DNA of 64,000 nt from Camelus dromedarius. Its lineage: Eukaryota. Positions 39,720 through 53,341 of this stretch are shown here, piece by piece. The notes under the pieces were generated by a model. The model worked only from the letters and a program-made list of their open reading frames with translations. It was not told where the DNA came from and made no database searches. The stretch is from positions 35,032,001-35,096,000 of the forward strand of contig NC_087447.1 in assembly GCF_036321535.1 (NCBI RefSeq). Reading direction: 5' to 3'. Numbering within the stretch: position 1 is the first letter of the stretch; each line of letters begins with the position of its first letter. The translations under genes were made by a program, and so were the position numbers.

Positions 39720-41590
39720 TTTTGTTCTAATAATAAGTTTTATTGAGGTAGAAATTACATGTGACAAAATACCACCATAGTTAGTGTACAGTTGATGCGT
39801 TTTTAAAAATGTGTCAATCTTGTAACTACCACCACAATCACGATGGAATAAATTGTGATAATCTCAAAAGGTTCCACACACTCCTTTATAGTCAGTCCCC
39901 TCCCCGTGAATTCACTGGCCCCTGGCAACCACTGATCTGCTTTTGCATTTTGTCAGAACTTCACATAAATGGAATCATAAGTTTCTTTCACTGAGCATTA
40001 ATGCTTTTGTGATTCATTCATGTTGTACAATAGTTCTGTATTATTGAATATGATTCCACTGTATGGATGTACCATTTTATCAATTTTCCTGTCAAAGAAC
40101 ACTATGGTTGTTTCTAGTTTGAATAGAGATGTTATAAATATGTGTGTATAGCTTTCTGAGTAAACATGTTTTAATTTCTCTAGTGTAAATCATAGGAGGG
40201 GGATTGCTGGATCATAGGGAAAGTTAAAAATTTTCCTCTTTGTCACTGATTTTCAGCAATTTTATTTTGAGGTGGCTTTGGTAATTTTCTGCATGTTTCT
40301 TCTATGTGGGGTTTGATGAATTTCTTGAATCTGTGGGTTTATGGTTTTCATCAAATTGGAAAGATGTTTGGCTATTGTTTCTTCAAACATTTTTTTCTAT
40401 CCCCACTTTCCTCTTCTGTGATCTCCATTGCATGTGTATTAAACCATTGTAACCAGTGTGAGATTGTTCCAGTTTGCTGGTACTGCATTCATTTTTTTTC
40501 TCTCTTTGTGTTTCATTTTGGATAGTTTCCATTGCTGACTTTTTCAGGTTTACTCATCTTTCACCCTACTCTTCTAGTCTTCTGTTAATCCCATTCAGTG
40601 TATTTTAAATTTGATGCTGTATTTTTCATCTCTAGAAGTCCAATTTCTTTTTTTTAATTCTTTCATTTTTCTGCACATCACATTCATGTTTTCCTTTACA
40701 TCCTTGAGCTTATTTGTAAGATTGAAAATAAACATTTTAAGGACCCTGTGTCAAATCTACCATCTCTGTCACTTTTGGGGCTATTTCAATGGCTGATTTT
40801 TCTCTTTGTTGTAGGCGATATTCTCCTGCTTCTTTGAATGCCTGGTAACTTCTGGTTGGATGTTCAACATGTTGAATATTACAGTGCTGCGTGCTGGATT
40901 TCATTCTATTCCTTTCAACAGTATTGGGTTTTCTTCTGGGATGAAGTTAAGTTACCTGGGATCAGTTTGATTCTTCTGAGACTTGTTTTAAACTTTGTTA
41001 TTGTGGGCCAAGAGCAGGCTCTACTCTAGGGATAATTATTTGAACTACTGAGCTATGAGCCTCCTGAGCAATCTCTCTGATGCCCATTGCATTAGGTATT
41101 TCCAATCTAGAATTTTCCACAACTCCCAGCATCTGGGAGTTCCAGGAAGTGTTTGGCCTATTGTTTCTGGGTGGTTCTTTTCCTGGCTTCATGGAGATTT
41201 ATCCTTTGCATGCACAGATAGAACTCAGCCAAAGACTCACAAGAGCCCCTGTGGAGATCTCCAGAATTCTTTTCTCTGCGGAATTGCCTCTTTTCAGGAC
41301 TCCATCCTGCAAATTCCTGGCACTCTGGCCATCTTGGTATGCCACTACTTATTTTTTCAGCTCAGCCTGGTTTGGATAACTCCTCTCTCTGCTGCTGCCT
41401 CTGGGCAGTAGGCTGGGGCAATTGTAAGGCTCATCTCTTTTGTTTCCTTTCTTTCAAAGTTCACAGTCTGCAGCTGCCCCTTGTGTAAAATCTGAAAACA
41501 ATTATTTCATGTATTTTATGCAATTTTCTATTTGTTTATGGAGAGGCGACAATTCCTGTTGCAGTTGATCCTTCATAGACAGAAGCAGAA
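39720..41590 (-). mobile_element. Cluster of old L1M fragments
   Basis: T-rich antisense L1 text (ttttattgaggtagaaattaca; gggattgctggatcatagg; tttcttgaatctgtgggtttatggttttcatcaaattggaaag). Confidence 0.65.
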
Positions 41591-42725
41591 ATCTTTTAAA
41601 TTTCCTTTCAATTCCTGCAAAATACTCCATGTATATTTCATCTTTCTCCTAATAATGGATATATTGGTCAAGATCTAGCCAGGATTTAGAAACCACAGAG
41701 TAATCTGAATGGAGAAAGTTTAATAAAAAGAATTAACTGGGAACAAGAGATTAATCGAAGAGGTAGAAATCTCTACATATTAGAGGAATAGCATATATAG
41801 GGAGAAGCTACCACCTCTAGAGATGAGGCAAAATACCCAAGGAAGGAACAAACTTGGAAAAGTCCTCTCCCCTCCAGGGTTGAGATACAAAACTTGGTGG
41901 AGAAGTAGTGGTTATGACCAACTGGATAGTAGGGAAATCCAATGACCTGTTGCAGGCGAGACTTGGTACGTAGGCAACCAGGTGCTGGTGGAATTTGCTG
42001 AGAAGTCTCCAGAAGTGGGGAACGTCTGTCAGGTTTACTGCTTATTGCTGAGAATCCACCCTCTGGGGGTATGCCAGCAGAATGTGCTAAGAGGCCACCC
42101 TGTAGGGTGCAGGAAGAACTCACTGGCAAACTGTATCACTAGCAGAGGGGCAACTGAAACTCAGCAGAGGTGAGCACCACTGGACATCCCCATACATGCC
42201 ACTGGCAGCCACACAGTAGGACCAAGAAGAACAAAAGCACACTGGAACTAGGAAGTCTCTCCTTCCTGCAGTATCACCCCAACATTCCATTACAGCACAG
42301 CAAGCAATGAATGGTGGATTTGGAACTGAATGGCAATAAATTAGTCACTGGCACAATATGCATTTAGATTTTTTTTCCCAACTTCTTACCACCATAAACA
42401 ATGCTGGGATTATTAAAGACAAAATTTCTTAGACAAATTTCCCTTAAGCATTGCCACTTTTTTACTAAACCAGAGAAGCAGCAAAATGACAAGAAAAGTA
42501 TGCCAGTTCAGACAGAGCATGAAAATGGAGGGGCTATAATAAAATCCTTACAAAAGAAAACTAGTTTAAGAAAAGAAAGATTGCAGTTTCATTTTACAAG
42601 GGCATGAAAACATGGCCATAAAAACAAAGGACATTTGTGGAAGGACAGCCTGAGATACAGCATAACGCTGACTGTCAGCCAATGAACAACAATATAAGCT
42701 CCACACATCTAAGGAGTAAATGATA

Positions 42726-43358
42726 CTGTCTTTTGATGTATAAAATTTCTAAATTTTCAGGAGGTCCAATTCATCTATTTTTTTTTCTTTTGTTGCCTAT
42801 GTGTTTGATGTCACATCCAAGAAATCACGGCCAATTCCATGTCATGAAGCTTTTGTCCTATGTTATCTTTTAAGATTTTATTGTTTTAGGTCCTAATATT
42901 TAGGTCTTCGATCTATTTTGAGTTAATATTTGTATATGATGTTAGATAAGGATCTAACTTAATTTTTGCATAGGGATATCCAGTTTTCTCAACACCATTT
43001 GCTGAAAACACTGTCCTTTTCCCATTGAATGGTCTTGGCACTTTTGTCCAAAATAATTGACCACATATGTGAGGGTTTGTTTCTGGACTCTCTATTCCAT
43101 TGGTGAGGTACTTAGAGTAGTCAAAATCATAGAGACAGAAAGTAGAATGGTGGTGGCCAGGGTCTGGAGGGAAGGGAGAATGGGGAGTTATTGTTTAATG
43201 TGTACAGAGTTTCAGTTTTACAAGATGAAAAGAGTTATGGGGACAGATGTGATGGCTGCAAAGCATTATAAACGCGTTTAATACCACTAAGCTGTATACT
43301 TAAAAACGGTTAAGATGTTAAATTGTATGTTATGCGTATTTTACAATTTTAAAAAATT
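42726..43358. mobile_element. 5'-inverted (twin-primed) L1 insertion
   Basis: 42726-~43080 is antisense ORF2 text and ~43081-43358 is sense 3'UTR; TSD TAAGGAGTAAATGATA / TAAGAAGTAAGTGATA. Confidence 0.75.
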
Positions 43359-44832
43359 TAAGAAGTAAGTGATAAGGATATATCTGTCTGATATTCAGAA
43401 TACCAAGGTTTCATCCCTAAACAGTGCATCTGATAGGACCCATAACTATGAAAGCAAAGAGTGTAAACAGAGATCGAAGCAGAGCACCAAGAAAAAAATT
43501 CTAATTTTAAACAAGCCATTCTTGTGCTTTTTCTCAAGCTGCAAACAAAGATGCAGAATATACACTTCTCCCATTTCTTAGCTTGGGGATTTTCTTTTCC
43601 TTTTAATATATTTAACATCTTTGTACATATATCCTGGTACTTTTACAGATTCCCAAAAGTGAGGTTATGGAGGTAAAGGTATGCCAGATTACTCTGTCCA
43701 AAGGTTGCAGCAGGTTATGCTCCCACCAACTATATCTGAATTTCTTCAGCTAGGGTTCAGAGATGGGCTTCAGGGGATCCATGAACATTTCTGAACTGGA
43801 CACAAAATGGACTGTATACATCGCCATGTGTACTTTTCTGGGATAGGTCTATATCTTTCAACAGATCTTTTTTTTAAAGCTTGAAACTCAAATAAGTCTG
43901 AGAACTAGTAGACTATACCTATACCATCTTCCCCCTATGGCTTAGGTCCCCTTATACTTTCATTCATTCAGCAAACTTTCTGTTGAAGACCTCTTTATAT
44001 CTGGCTTACCAAATATTAGAAGAATGAAGACATGCATAAACTCAAGCACCCCAGGCATCAAGAATATAGAGATAAGTGAGATCTGACAGGGCCTCAGTTT
44101 CTTGGGACAGAAAGAGGGGGTGGAGATGGAGGTGGACAGGGACACCAGTACAGTAAAATACCCCAGCCAGGCACTAAGGCAGGGAGGAAGACACAGTGTC
44201 TTGCAGAAGATTGAATGTTTCAGCCTGGGTAGATTACAGGATCTACGAGCGCCAGTTTTAAGAGATAAAGGTGGGTCATACTGGAAGTCAGCTAATGTTT
44301 GTACTACACAGTTTTCCTCTTATGGCTAAGTAAATATAGGTACAGAATTCCAGCCTCCTAGAGATTTTCAATGACAAATTTTCATCACAGCTTCCCACAT
44401 TAAGAGAGGCAGCATAATGCACAGATTAGGAACATGGTGTCTGACATCACCTTCTGCAATAATTTAATCTCCTGAGTCTTTGTTTCCCTATCTGTAAAAT
44501 GCAGCCAATTATACCATATACCCTCTATTTTAAGGTGTACACTTTTTACATTTAAGCTCTTTTCAGATAGGTATAAATGTTAAAATTGGTATGTACATTT
44601 AATTTTGTAATCTTTTCTCCCTCAAAACATCGTCAGTAATACATCTGTTACTCAACAGAATCTCAGAAACAGGGAAATAGGTAATACTTCACTAAACCTC
44701 AGTTTGCTCATCAGTAAAACTGAGATAATAAATTGATAGTAATTCCATTTCGGTCATAGGGTTTTATAAAGATTAACTGCAAAAAAGCACATAAAACTTT
44801 TAGCAATGTACCTTCCACATAGGAAAGGATAG

Positions 44833-44833
<1 letters not shown>

Positions 44834-44877
<44 letters not shown>
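44834..44877. repeat. (AC)~22 microsatellite
   Basis: Perfect dinucleotide run. Confidence 0.97.
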
Positions 44878-44881
<4 letters not shown>

Positions 44882-45389
44882 TTCACACAGGCATAAAGTG
44901 TTCACAGAGCCTGTAATTCATTCATAGTGATTAAACCAGAAGAGAACTGGTGGTTTGGATGGAAGGCCTCTTCCATAAAAGACTCAAAAGATTGAAGAAC
45001 CTTGCTCAGGCCTCACATTTAATTTGATAGCTTTTCCTTGATTAATGGATTTCTGACAGGATCTATTAGCTCTTAGACTCCCTGGAAGTTCCACTGTTTC
45101 TGAAGACTGTTAGATCTGGCTGAAGTGCTCTTAACAAGCCTCTAACCCTTCAATCTCACCTCCAACCCTGTCTCCAAGTTTCCACTCTCCACCCTCGACT
45201 CCCCACCCCTTGCTCCCCTATACAGTCTTGTCACAACACAGCAGTCAGACTTATTCTTTTATAGCTCAGCCAGGTCACATCACTCCTCTGTTCAAAACCC
45301 TGTGGTAGCTTCCTCTGTCTCTCAGAGCAAAAGCCTAAGAAAGAAACAGTCCCTTCATCTGGAAACGGGACTGACACAGCTAGTCTCAG

Positions 45390-45920
45390 TGTTGTTAGAA
45401 GCTGACCTGGCCCTCACAGCCATGCTATGTTAGTCTCCTGTTGGATATAAACAATCTCTCAGAACACCAACATCAGACAGGGTCATTCAGACCACGATAA
45501 AGTGAGACAAAACAAGGCCACGTCATAATTTTGTCTAAGAAGAGAGAAAACAAGGTCAGTGTGCAACCCAGGAAATACCAAACATCCTCGTCTCTCTGCT
45601 ACTGTGAGGGACTACTGCTTCTTTACCAATTGTAGCCATATCTGCGCCTGCACTGGTTTGCTCATCTGAGAGATGACATTTATTGAGATACCCAATCAGG
45701 GAATTCTCCCTGCCTCCTGACAGCACCTGATCTAAAGTTTCAATTCCTTAAACCCAAATCACCCAAAGCCTGAATCCTGTAATAGGTTCTTTCTTTACTC
45801 TTACTCAACTGTCTCAGTGGTTCTCCACAGGATCTGCTCCCTCACCATAAGGAGTAAGCAACACAACTTGTTTAAATATGGGTGTGTTCCTGATAATCAC
45901 TGGTGGGAGGGTGCTGACAA
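45390..45920. mobile_element. Probable old ERV/ERVL LTR (MER21/MER77-like)
   Basis: agaacaccaacatcagacagggtca...aaaacaaggccacgtcataattttgtctaag...ggtgctgaca; family and boundaries uncertain. Confidence 0.45.
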
Positions 45921-45950
45921 GGCAGAGTCACAATTGTTCACAAAGCTCCC

Positions 45951-46133
45951 ATAGTGGTTCTCAGGCTTTATCATGTATTAGAATCACCTGGGCTTTTTAA
46001 GACAGCTTGCTCGACCCACCCCCAGAGTTTGCAATTCTTAAGTCTGGGGTGGGGCCTTAGACTCTGCATTTCTAACAAGTTCCAGGTGACACTGAGGCTG
46101 TAAGCCTGGGGACCACACTGGAAGAATCATTGC
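45951..46133. mobile_element. MER5A-like hAT MITE
   Basis: agtggttctca...ttagaatcacctggg...ggtggggcc...tctgcatttctaacaagttccaggtga...ggaccacactggaagaatcattg. Confidence 0.75.
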
Positions 46134-46458
46134 CCTAAACCATCTGTGGCTCTCCCTTATTTCTGACTTAGCATTTTTGCTGTTTTGAGTCTCCCCAAGA
46201 ATAGGTGTCTTAGGTCTTTGCTTTGTATGCACTGTAATATGGAATGCTTACTCTCTCACCTCAAGGAAACATACCCTCCTGACCCTGCCTTTTAAAAAAT
46301 TTAAAAATAAAAATAAAAACTTAATTACCTTCCAACATGCAGTCTAATTAACTTATTTATTGTTTCGCTCTCCTACTAATGAAAGAATGGCAGTCTTAGG
46401 ACAGCTGATAGTTTTGTCTATTTTGTTCACTGCCGTATCCTCAGACCTAGAAAAATAT

Positions 46459-47014
46459 TGTAGGGGAGGAAATTTTGCCAGCCTAAAATGTGTCTCTGGC
46501 AGGAGGATTAATTTAGGACGATTATTTTTAAGGCTCAACACACCCAGGAAGAGTTATTGTTTTCACCCTCCTCCTAACTGCCTAAAAGAATTTAGATGGA
46601 GGGCCTGTCCCCCTAATTAAGCTATCACCAGAGGTATCTGCAAAGAACATGGGCTAGGTGTTGGGGGAAGGGGGAATCGTCAGAATCTAGAGATCAGAGT
46701 CTGGAGGTCTCTGCAAGGCCCACAAACATTTGTTTACCAAACATTTACTTTCTATCTCCATGTGAATTGCTGTTCTCCCCTTTGAAGTCTCAAACCACAA
46801 CCCCCAATATCCTCTTTTGCCTTTAGCTGAAGATAGTATTTAAGGTGAGGGCTTTAGCCATTTTGGCAAGCCACTCAATTCTAGGTCTCTTGTAGGTATA
46901 CATATTACCAACTTTTGTTTGATTTTCTCCTGTTAATTTATCTCATATCAATTTAATTCTTAGACCATCTAGAAGAAGCTAAAAGGGTAAAGGAAAATTT
47001 ACTCCTTCTTCACA
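46459..47014 (+). mobile_element. ERV1-type solo LTR inserted into an L2 tail
   Basis: TGTAGGGG...TTCACA ends with 4-bp TSD ATAT; the flanks rejoin as an L2 3' end (…ttgaatgaataaa). Confidence 0.75.
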
Positions 47015-47689
47015 ATATCTAGCAAATAGCCAGTCCTCAACAAAAGTTTATTGAATGAATAAACGCTTCTTCCAGCCTTTCACTTTTTTCTCCTAAAAGC
47101 ATCCCTACCTTTGGCTCTTCCTATAAATACAACCACCCTCTCGTCCACTCAGCCTCTTGACAGTTACAATAGCCAGCTCCTGCTACTTTTTAGGCCCAAT
47201 GGCTCAAACTAGGGGTGCAAAGCAGGTAAGTAACTCACTCAAGGAGACCAAAGTCAGCAAATTGCATCTCTTGGGCTTCCTTCTCCAGATGACCTTATCC
47301 GCCAAGCTACCTCCTTTTGTTTTCAAACTCTTTTTCTCACCTAGCTTTTTCCTCTCTCTACCACCAACATGGTTATGCTTCCCACCCCGCATCCCTCCAA
47401 AAAAGCCAACCTCCCCTGCTGCACCACCCTCACTAAGCTGTTTTATCTCCCAGTTCTGACAAGGCTTTTCCTGCCTCCGGTTTCCTTTCTACCCTCCTGA
47501 AATTTTGCTTTTGAAGTTCCAGTACCTCTCCGTTCCTAAATCCAACTACAATTTTGGGTCTTGGTCTTTCTCCATACACTGCTGAATTTAACACATCCTT
47601 CTCGAAACTCTGTCCCAGAACAGCGCCAATATCTTCTACCTCCTTTACTGCTTCTCCTCGGGTCTTCCTATTCCTCTCCACAGATGTCC

Positions 47690-48300
47690 CCACGTTTCTT
47701 CCCAGCAAGCTGGGTCGTGGTTCCCTTGGCGCTCACGCGTTTCTGACGGCGTTCGTGGTTCGCGGTGGAGAGGTAGGTGGTCAGACTCCGGGCGGAGCCT
47801 GCGGCGTAGGACGTGGGTGGACCTTCGAGTCTGGGAAGGGGCGGGGCCTCGGACCGCTCGGGAAGTGTGGTCCTCGGCGGCCTCCGTCCAGGAACGGTGC
47901 GGAAGAAGGGCCAAGGACTAGGCACTGCGAGCCTGACTCGCGGTCCTGGCTGGAGATGGAGTTCGACAGCGAGGGTCTGAGACGACTACTTGGCAAGGTG
48001 CGGGCAGCTGGGGGTCTGGGGGCGTTTATCTCTGGCCGGGCCGTCTCATCGCGGTGTTTCCCTGGCTTTTCCTGGGGCTTGGAGCTGGGTAGGCTGGCCT
48101 GAAGTCGGCTGCGGGGAATGGCCCCAGGGAGGCCGCGGGCCTCTCCCTCCCGAGGCCGGGGCTCTGGCTCCGCCCGCTACTCTGAGGTCCCCCCAACCTC
48201 CACCCGCTGTGAGACCTCACGCCACTAGCTTCTCTTGGTCTCAAACAGCTTCCAGCGCTCGCCTGCCCCTGTAACCACGCCTCTCTGCTGAAATGGCCTT
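47690..48300 (+). promoter_or_regulatory. CpG-island promoter of UEVLD
   Basis: Dense CpGs, GC boxes (GGGCGGAG, GGGCGGGG) and ETS-like GGAAG sites around exon 1. Confidence 0.8.
47956..47997 (+). CDS. UEVLD: UEV and lactate/malate dehydrogenase domains protein, coding exon 1
   Basis: gagATGG Kozak context; MEFDSEGLRRLLGK; GTGCGG donor. Join 47956-47997,55204-55288,58569-58634,63909->64000 gives a TSG101-like UEV domain. Confidence 0.93.
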
Positions 48301-49269
48301 CCCCCAACCTTTTTTTTTTTTTTTTTTTTTTTAACTTGCAGTGCTCATCCTTTGTAAGACACTCATATGTCGCTTCCTGGAAGATAGAATAACTCCTTTG
48401 TCTCTACTTGCTTTCAGAAATATCGGTTATCACATTGTGGAGTAATTAGTTATTTAACAAACCTTACTCGGGCGGTGAACTCTGACCACAGAGACAGTGT
48501 TGTATTTCCTTCACCCAGCCCTGTGCCTGACAACAGCGGAGGTGCTGAGTAACTGTGCAGTGAATGAAAGGCCTGATAACATACAGGAATGAAGACAAGG
48601 CTGGAAGTTCCAGAAGAGATTTTCTTAACTTTGAAAGGTTGAGTGGGAGGTCTGACCTGCATTTCTAGGGCATGACTAACGTCCGTTTCCACGTTAGGCC
48701 AGGCTCTCTGATTCCCCACCAGTTTACAGTCTTGAGGCAACCACCTTTTTCACCAGTTTCTTGGTTAAGTGATTCATAATGCTTCATAAGACTTCCCCAT
48801 GTGAAAACCATACATTAAGCCATTTTTGTTGGCTTTGCCTATGTCTTTGTTGGGGCAGTTTGTACACCCCTTTGAGATTTTGAAGCCTTATAACCGAAAT
48901 TGTTTATATACTTGATTTGAATGATTTTATCTACTGTGACAGGTTTAGAACTTGTAGGAAGAAAAGTATCATCGTGCTTAAGATTATACCCTGTCTCCTC
49001 TTTAGAGAACATGAAATTAAAAGAACCACTCTGTCAAGTTTTTCAATGAGGGGAGCATGATGTATTGTCCAGGGAGAAGAATTACTAAAGTGGAGAATAG
49101 AAAAAGAACTTTGGTGGAATTGGAATGCAGAAAAAAGACAAAAAAGAGTGATTTTCTCAAGGATGGGAGAATAGTTGAGGAAGGTTTTATTTGTTTTATC
49201 AGTGCTCGGCATGGAGTCTGGCACATAGGTGCTTAATGAACATCTGTTGGATGTGTAAATTAAGGAAAC

Positions 49270-51430
49270 AAGTTTGAAATAAGTCCGTCTAGCAGATTTT
49301 TGATGTTCCTTAGCGCTCAAACTAAGCAAATAATATAATAATATCTAGAAATAATTTTTGTGCTGAAAAATTTGTGAATGATACATTAAAATAAAGCAAC
49401 TGTATGGAGAACATGAAAAATCTTATTGAAAAATGATATTCTAACCTAAATAAATATTCCAACTTTATGGATGTGAAGATGTTTGCTCTCTGCAGACTGA
49501 TCTATAGAATCATTGCAACTCCAGGGAAAATTGTAACAGGGTATTTTCGGAACTTTTCAAACTGATTCTGAAATTCATTTGGAAGGGAAATGCTAAGAAT
49601 AATCTTGACATTTCTTCCAGAAGAATAGGTGTGGGGACTTGGCTGTACCAGATGTCAAGACTAGTAATTGAGATTTAGTGTGGTATTGGTATAAGATAAA
49701 CAAATTAATCAGTGGAGCAGACTAGAGGGCTTAGAATTATTTTCACACATTTTGAAAATATGATATAAAGCAGACGAGGCATTGCAGATGACTGCAGAAA
49801 GGAGAATGCAAGGACAAATGATTATTTATATAGGAGAAAATGAAATTGGACCCTTACCTCTTACCAAACATAAAAATTCCCCATGGATTAAAGATTTAAA
49901 TGTAAAAGACAAGCTTTAAGGTGTATAGACATAAAATATAGGGAAGAATCTTTATGGACTCAGAGTATGCAAACATATTTTAAACAAGATGTGAAATACT
50001 CAAGAGACTGATAAATTTGACTGCATTCAATTAAGAACTTCTGTATATCAAAAAGCTTCATGACAAGAGTGAAGAGGCAAAATACAGACTTGAAGAATTA
50101 TTTTGTAACACATAATTGACAAAATATTAGTATCCAGAATATATAAATTAGCCAACAAATCAATATTAAAGCCAAGGGAGAATTGGACAAAATACATGAA
50201 TAATTTTTAAAAAAACAAAAGAAGAAACAGGGAAATGAATATTTGCTCAATCCGTTAGTAACTTACTGGAAAAGCAAATTGAGTTTTCAAATTAGAGTTT
50301 TCTCCAGATATATGCCCAGGAGTGGGATTGCTGGATCATATGGTAACTCTTATTTTTAGTTTTTTAAGGAACCTCCACACTGCTAGTTTGAAACTAATTT
50401 GAAAAGGTACATGCACTCCAGTATTCATAGCACTATTTATAATAGCCAAAACATGGAAGCAACCTAAGTGGTCATCAACAGATGAATGGATAAAGAATCT
50501 GCGGGGAGGGATGTGTGTGTGTGTGTGTGTGTTCCACAAACATATAGTGGAATACTACTCAGCCATAAAAAACAGTGAAGTAATGCCATCTGCAGCAACA
50601 TGGATGGACGTGGAGGTTATCATACTAAGTCAAGTCAGACAGAGAAAGACAAATACCATAATACGATACAAATGAACTTATTTGCAAAACAGACTCACAC
50701 AGATAGAAAACAAACTTGTGCTTACCAGAGGGGAATGTGGTGGCAGGGAGAGGAATAAATTTGGGATTGGCAAATACAAAAAAAAAAAAAGAAAAAAATG
50801 AAAGGAAAATTGAGACCATAGTAAAACACCATTTTCTCTCACTGGATTGGCATAAATTAAGATAACTTCAAATGATTTGGTGAATGTGGATGAATGGGAA
50901 TTTTGAACACTGCTGGTGGTTAAATGGTTATTTCATTTTTGGGGAAACAACTTGGCCTTATTTTATTAATTTGATTATGTGTGTTTTATGTACCTTCTAC
51001 ATCTAGATAGATACCATAGAGAATTCATAATATATGAAGCAAGAGACATTTGCAGAATTATTCGTAACTAAGAAATTAGAAACAATCCAAATATGCATTG
51101 ACAGAGGGAAAGATAACTTACTGTGTATACATTCACACAATGGAAAACACTACTAAGCCGTAGTGAAAGTGAATGAGCAGCAACATGCAGCAATACAACT
51201 GAATATTAGAAACATTTTGTTGAGTAAAAAAAAAATTGTAGGTTGTATACAAAATTATATTTTGATTAAACCAAGAAACACAGCTAAACAAATAAACAGT
51301 ATGTTGTTTAGGGATGCACACAAATGTAATCAAAACTATGGAGGGCAAAAGCAAAGGAATATGACTGCTCAATTCAAGGTAGGCAGTTGAGTGGTTGAGA
51401 GGAGTTCCCAGACAAATGTAATGATATTGG
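49270..51430 (+). mobile_element. Old L1M ORF2/3' fragment with a nested younger inverted L1 (50284-50800)
   Basis: Degenerate ORF2 text (actgattctgaaattcatttggaagggaaa; gtgtggtattggtataagataaacaaat; ggattaaagatttaaatgtaaaa). Confidence 0.8.
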
Positions 51431-51433
51431 AAA

Positions 51434-51640
51434 GGTCTGTGTGGTCCAGTATGGTAGCCATGAGCCATGTGTGGCTATTTAAATTAATCAAATTAGATAA
51501 AATTAAAAATTGAGTTTCTCAGTCGCACCAGCTGCATATCAAGTGTCAGTAGCCACGTGTGGTTTGTGGCTACTGTATTGGACAGCACACTTAATGATCT
51601 TTCCCATCATGGCAGAAAGTTTTGTTGGATAGCACTGTTC
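51434..51640. mobile_element. MER3-like hAT MITE
   Basis: gtccagtatggtagcca...gccatgtgtggctatttaaatt...ggctactgtattggacagcac...ttggatagcactg. Confidence 0.75.
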
Positions 51641-52925
51641 TAGATCAAACATGGGTGGGTTGGTACACAAGTATTTATTCTTCAGAATTTGTATATATCT
51701 ACATATATGTATACATGTGTATATATCCTTTAGTTTGTATTAAATACTAACTGTGTTAGAAAAAGTGTGTTCCCCTAATTCCTATTTCCTACTCCCTTGA
51801 CTGAGTTACCTTAAACAGGTAACTTATCCTAGATTTGCTAACTCATAAAATGATAGGATTGGACCTGATCCATAAGATTCCTTCCTGTTAAATTAATTTT
51901 CTTATGAAATGATGCCACAAAATATCCCTTAGTGTGTCCAACATTTGAATAATGTCATGTAAGAGTACTCTTGATGTTTGTAAATATCAGTCTACTCAAT
52001 AAACATTGTTGTATAGCAGATAAAGTAAAAATTTTAGTAACTTCTCAATTATTCAGTCTCGCTGATTTTAATGACAGTATTATTGCTTTAGTTTTAGAAT
52101 CTCATGGGCCAGTTTTCCTCTAGTTTCCTGCCTGCACCCTTTAAGCATGTGGTATTGTCTGAGGCATATTCCTTAGAGAATGTTATGAAGACTTCTCTTA
52201 GGTGGTATAGAATAGTAATGGAAAATGACTTAATATTACAGTGAGAGGGTATTTCACATATAGTGAAAATGACCTGATTTTTTTTTTTTTTTAGGACAGA
52301 TAAAATAGGTCTTTTTTTTAAGGCATCAAAAAGACAAGTCACATATTTGACTAATAGTGACATTTGGGTTTTCAAGCCCTAAGAAAGAGTGCTTTTGTCC
52401 TCTTTTGACAAACTTTTACAACAGTTTGGCAGTTAGATCAATTCTGGTATATATCCCTATGCAGCCATTAATCATCACTTTCTCATAGATTGTTAAGGAT
52501 GTAGAAAATAGCTTATAATATCAAGTAGAAAACAACAAAAAATTATTTTGGTTTATAATCTGTATTCTAGGTGACAACAGTGCAGCCTTTTGTACATTTG
52601 TGTAGTGTTTGGAGTTGGGATGATTTCATTCACTTTTGTTTTTCCACTGAATCAGGGACACTGAATCTGGGACTCCTTTTACCCTGCTGTAGTTAATACT
52701 GACAATTCTTAGTTTTGATGCTCAGTCTTGTGGATCATAATTGCTTTCTATATCCACTGTACTCATATAAATCTGACTCTTTGCTGACTCCCATCCAATT
52801 AGCCTACATTTATTGAAGTTATACCATGTGCTCAGTGCTCTTGGGAGATACAAAGATGAATAAGAGATGATTTCTGTCCTCAAGTTGTTAATAACTATAC
52901 ATTTTTCCTTCTGCCAAATTCTTTT

Positions 52926-53341
52926 TTTTTTTTAAGAAATATTTTTATTGAAATATAGTCAGCTTACAATGTCATGTTAGTTTCATAGTGGTTAAGTTGC
53001 ACACACATATATATATTCCTTTTCATATTCTTTTTCATTATAGGCTATTACAAGGTATTGAATATAGTTCCCTGTGCTGTACAGTAGAACCTTGTTGTTC
53101 ATCTATTTTTTTTTACATTTTTTTAATTGAGTAATAGTCATTTTACAATGTTGTGTCAGATTCTAGTGTAGAGCACAATTTTTCAGTTATACATGAACAT
53201 ATATATATTCATTGTCACATTTTTTTCGCTATGAGCTACCACAAGATCTTGTATATATTTCCCTGTGCTATACAGTATAATCTTGTTTATCTATTCTGCA
53301 TTTTAAAATCCCAGTCTGTCCCTTCCCACCCCCCACCCCTT
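52926..53341 (-). mobile_element. Composite of two L1 3' tails under one TSD
   Basis: TSD CTTCTGCCAAATTCTTTT at 52908-52925 and 53342-53359; internal T-run at ~53106-53113. Confidence 0.75.

Noticed and set aside
47554..48307. Overlapping ORFs of 70-180 aa around UEVLD exon 1 (likewise 14284-15031 around SPTY2D1 exon 1)
   Set aside because: Expected stop-codon scarcity in CpG islands; only the short first coding exons have support.
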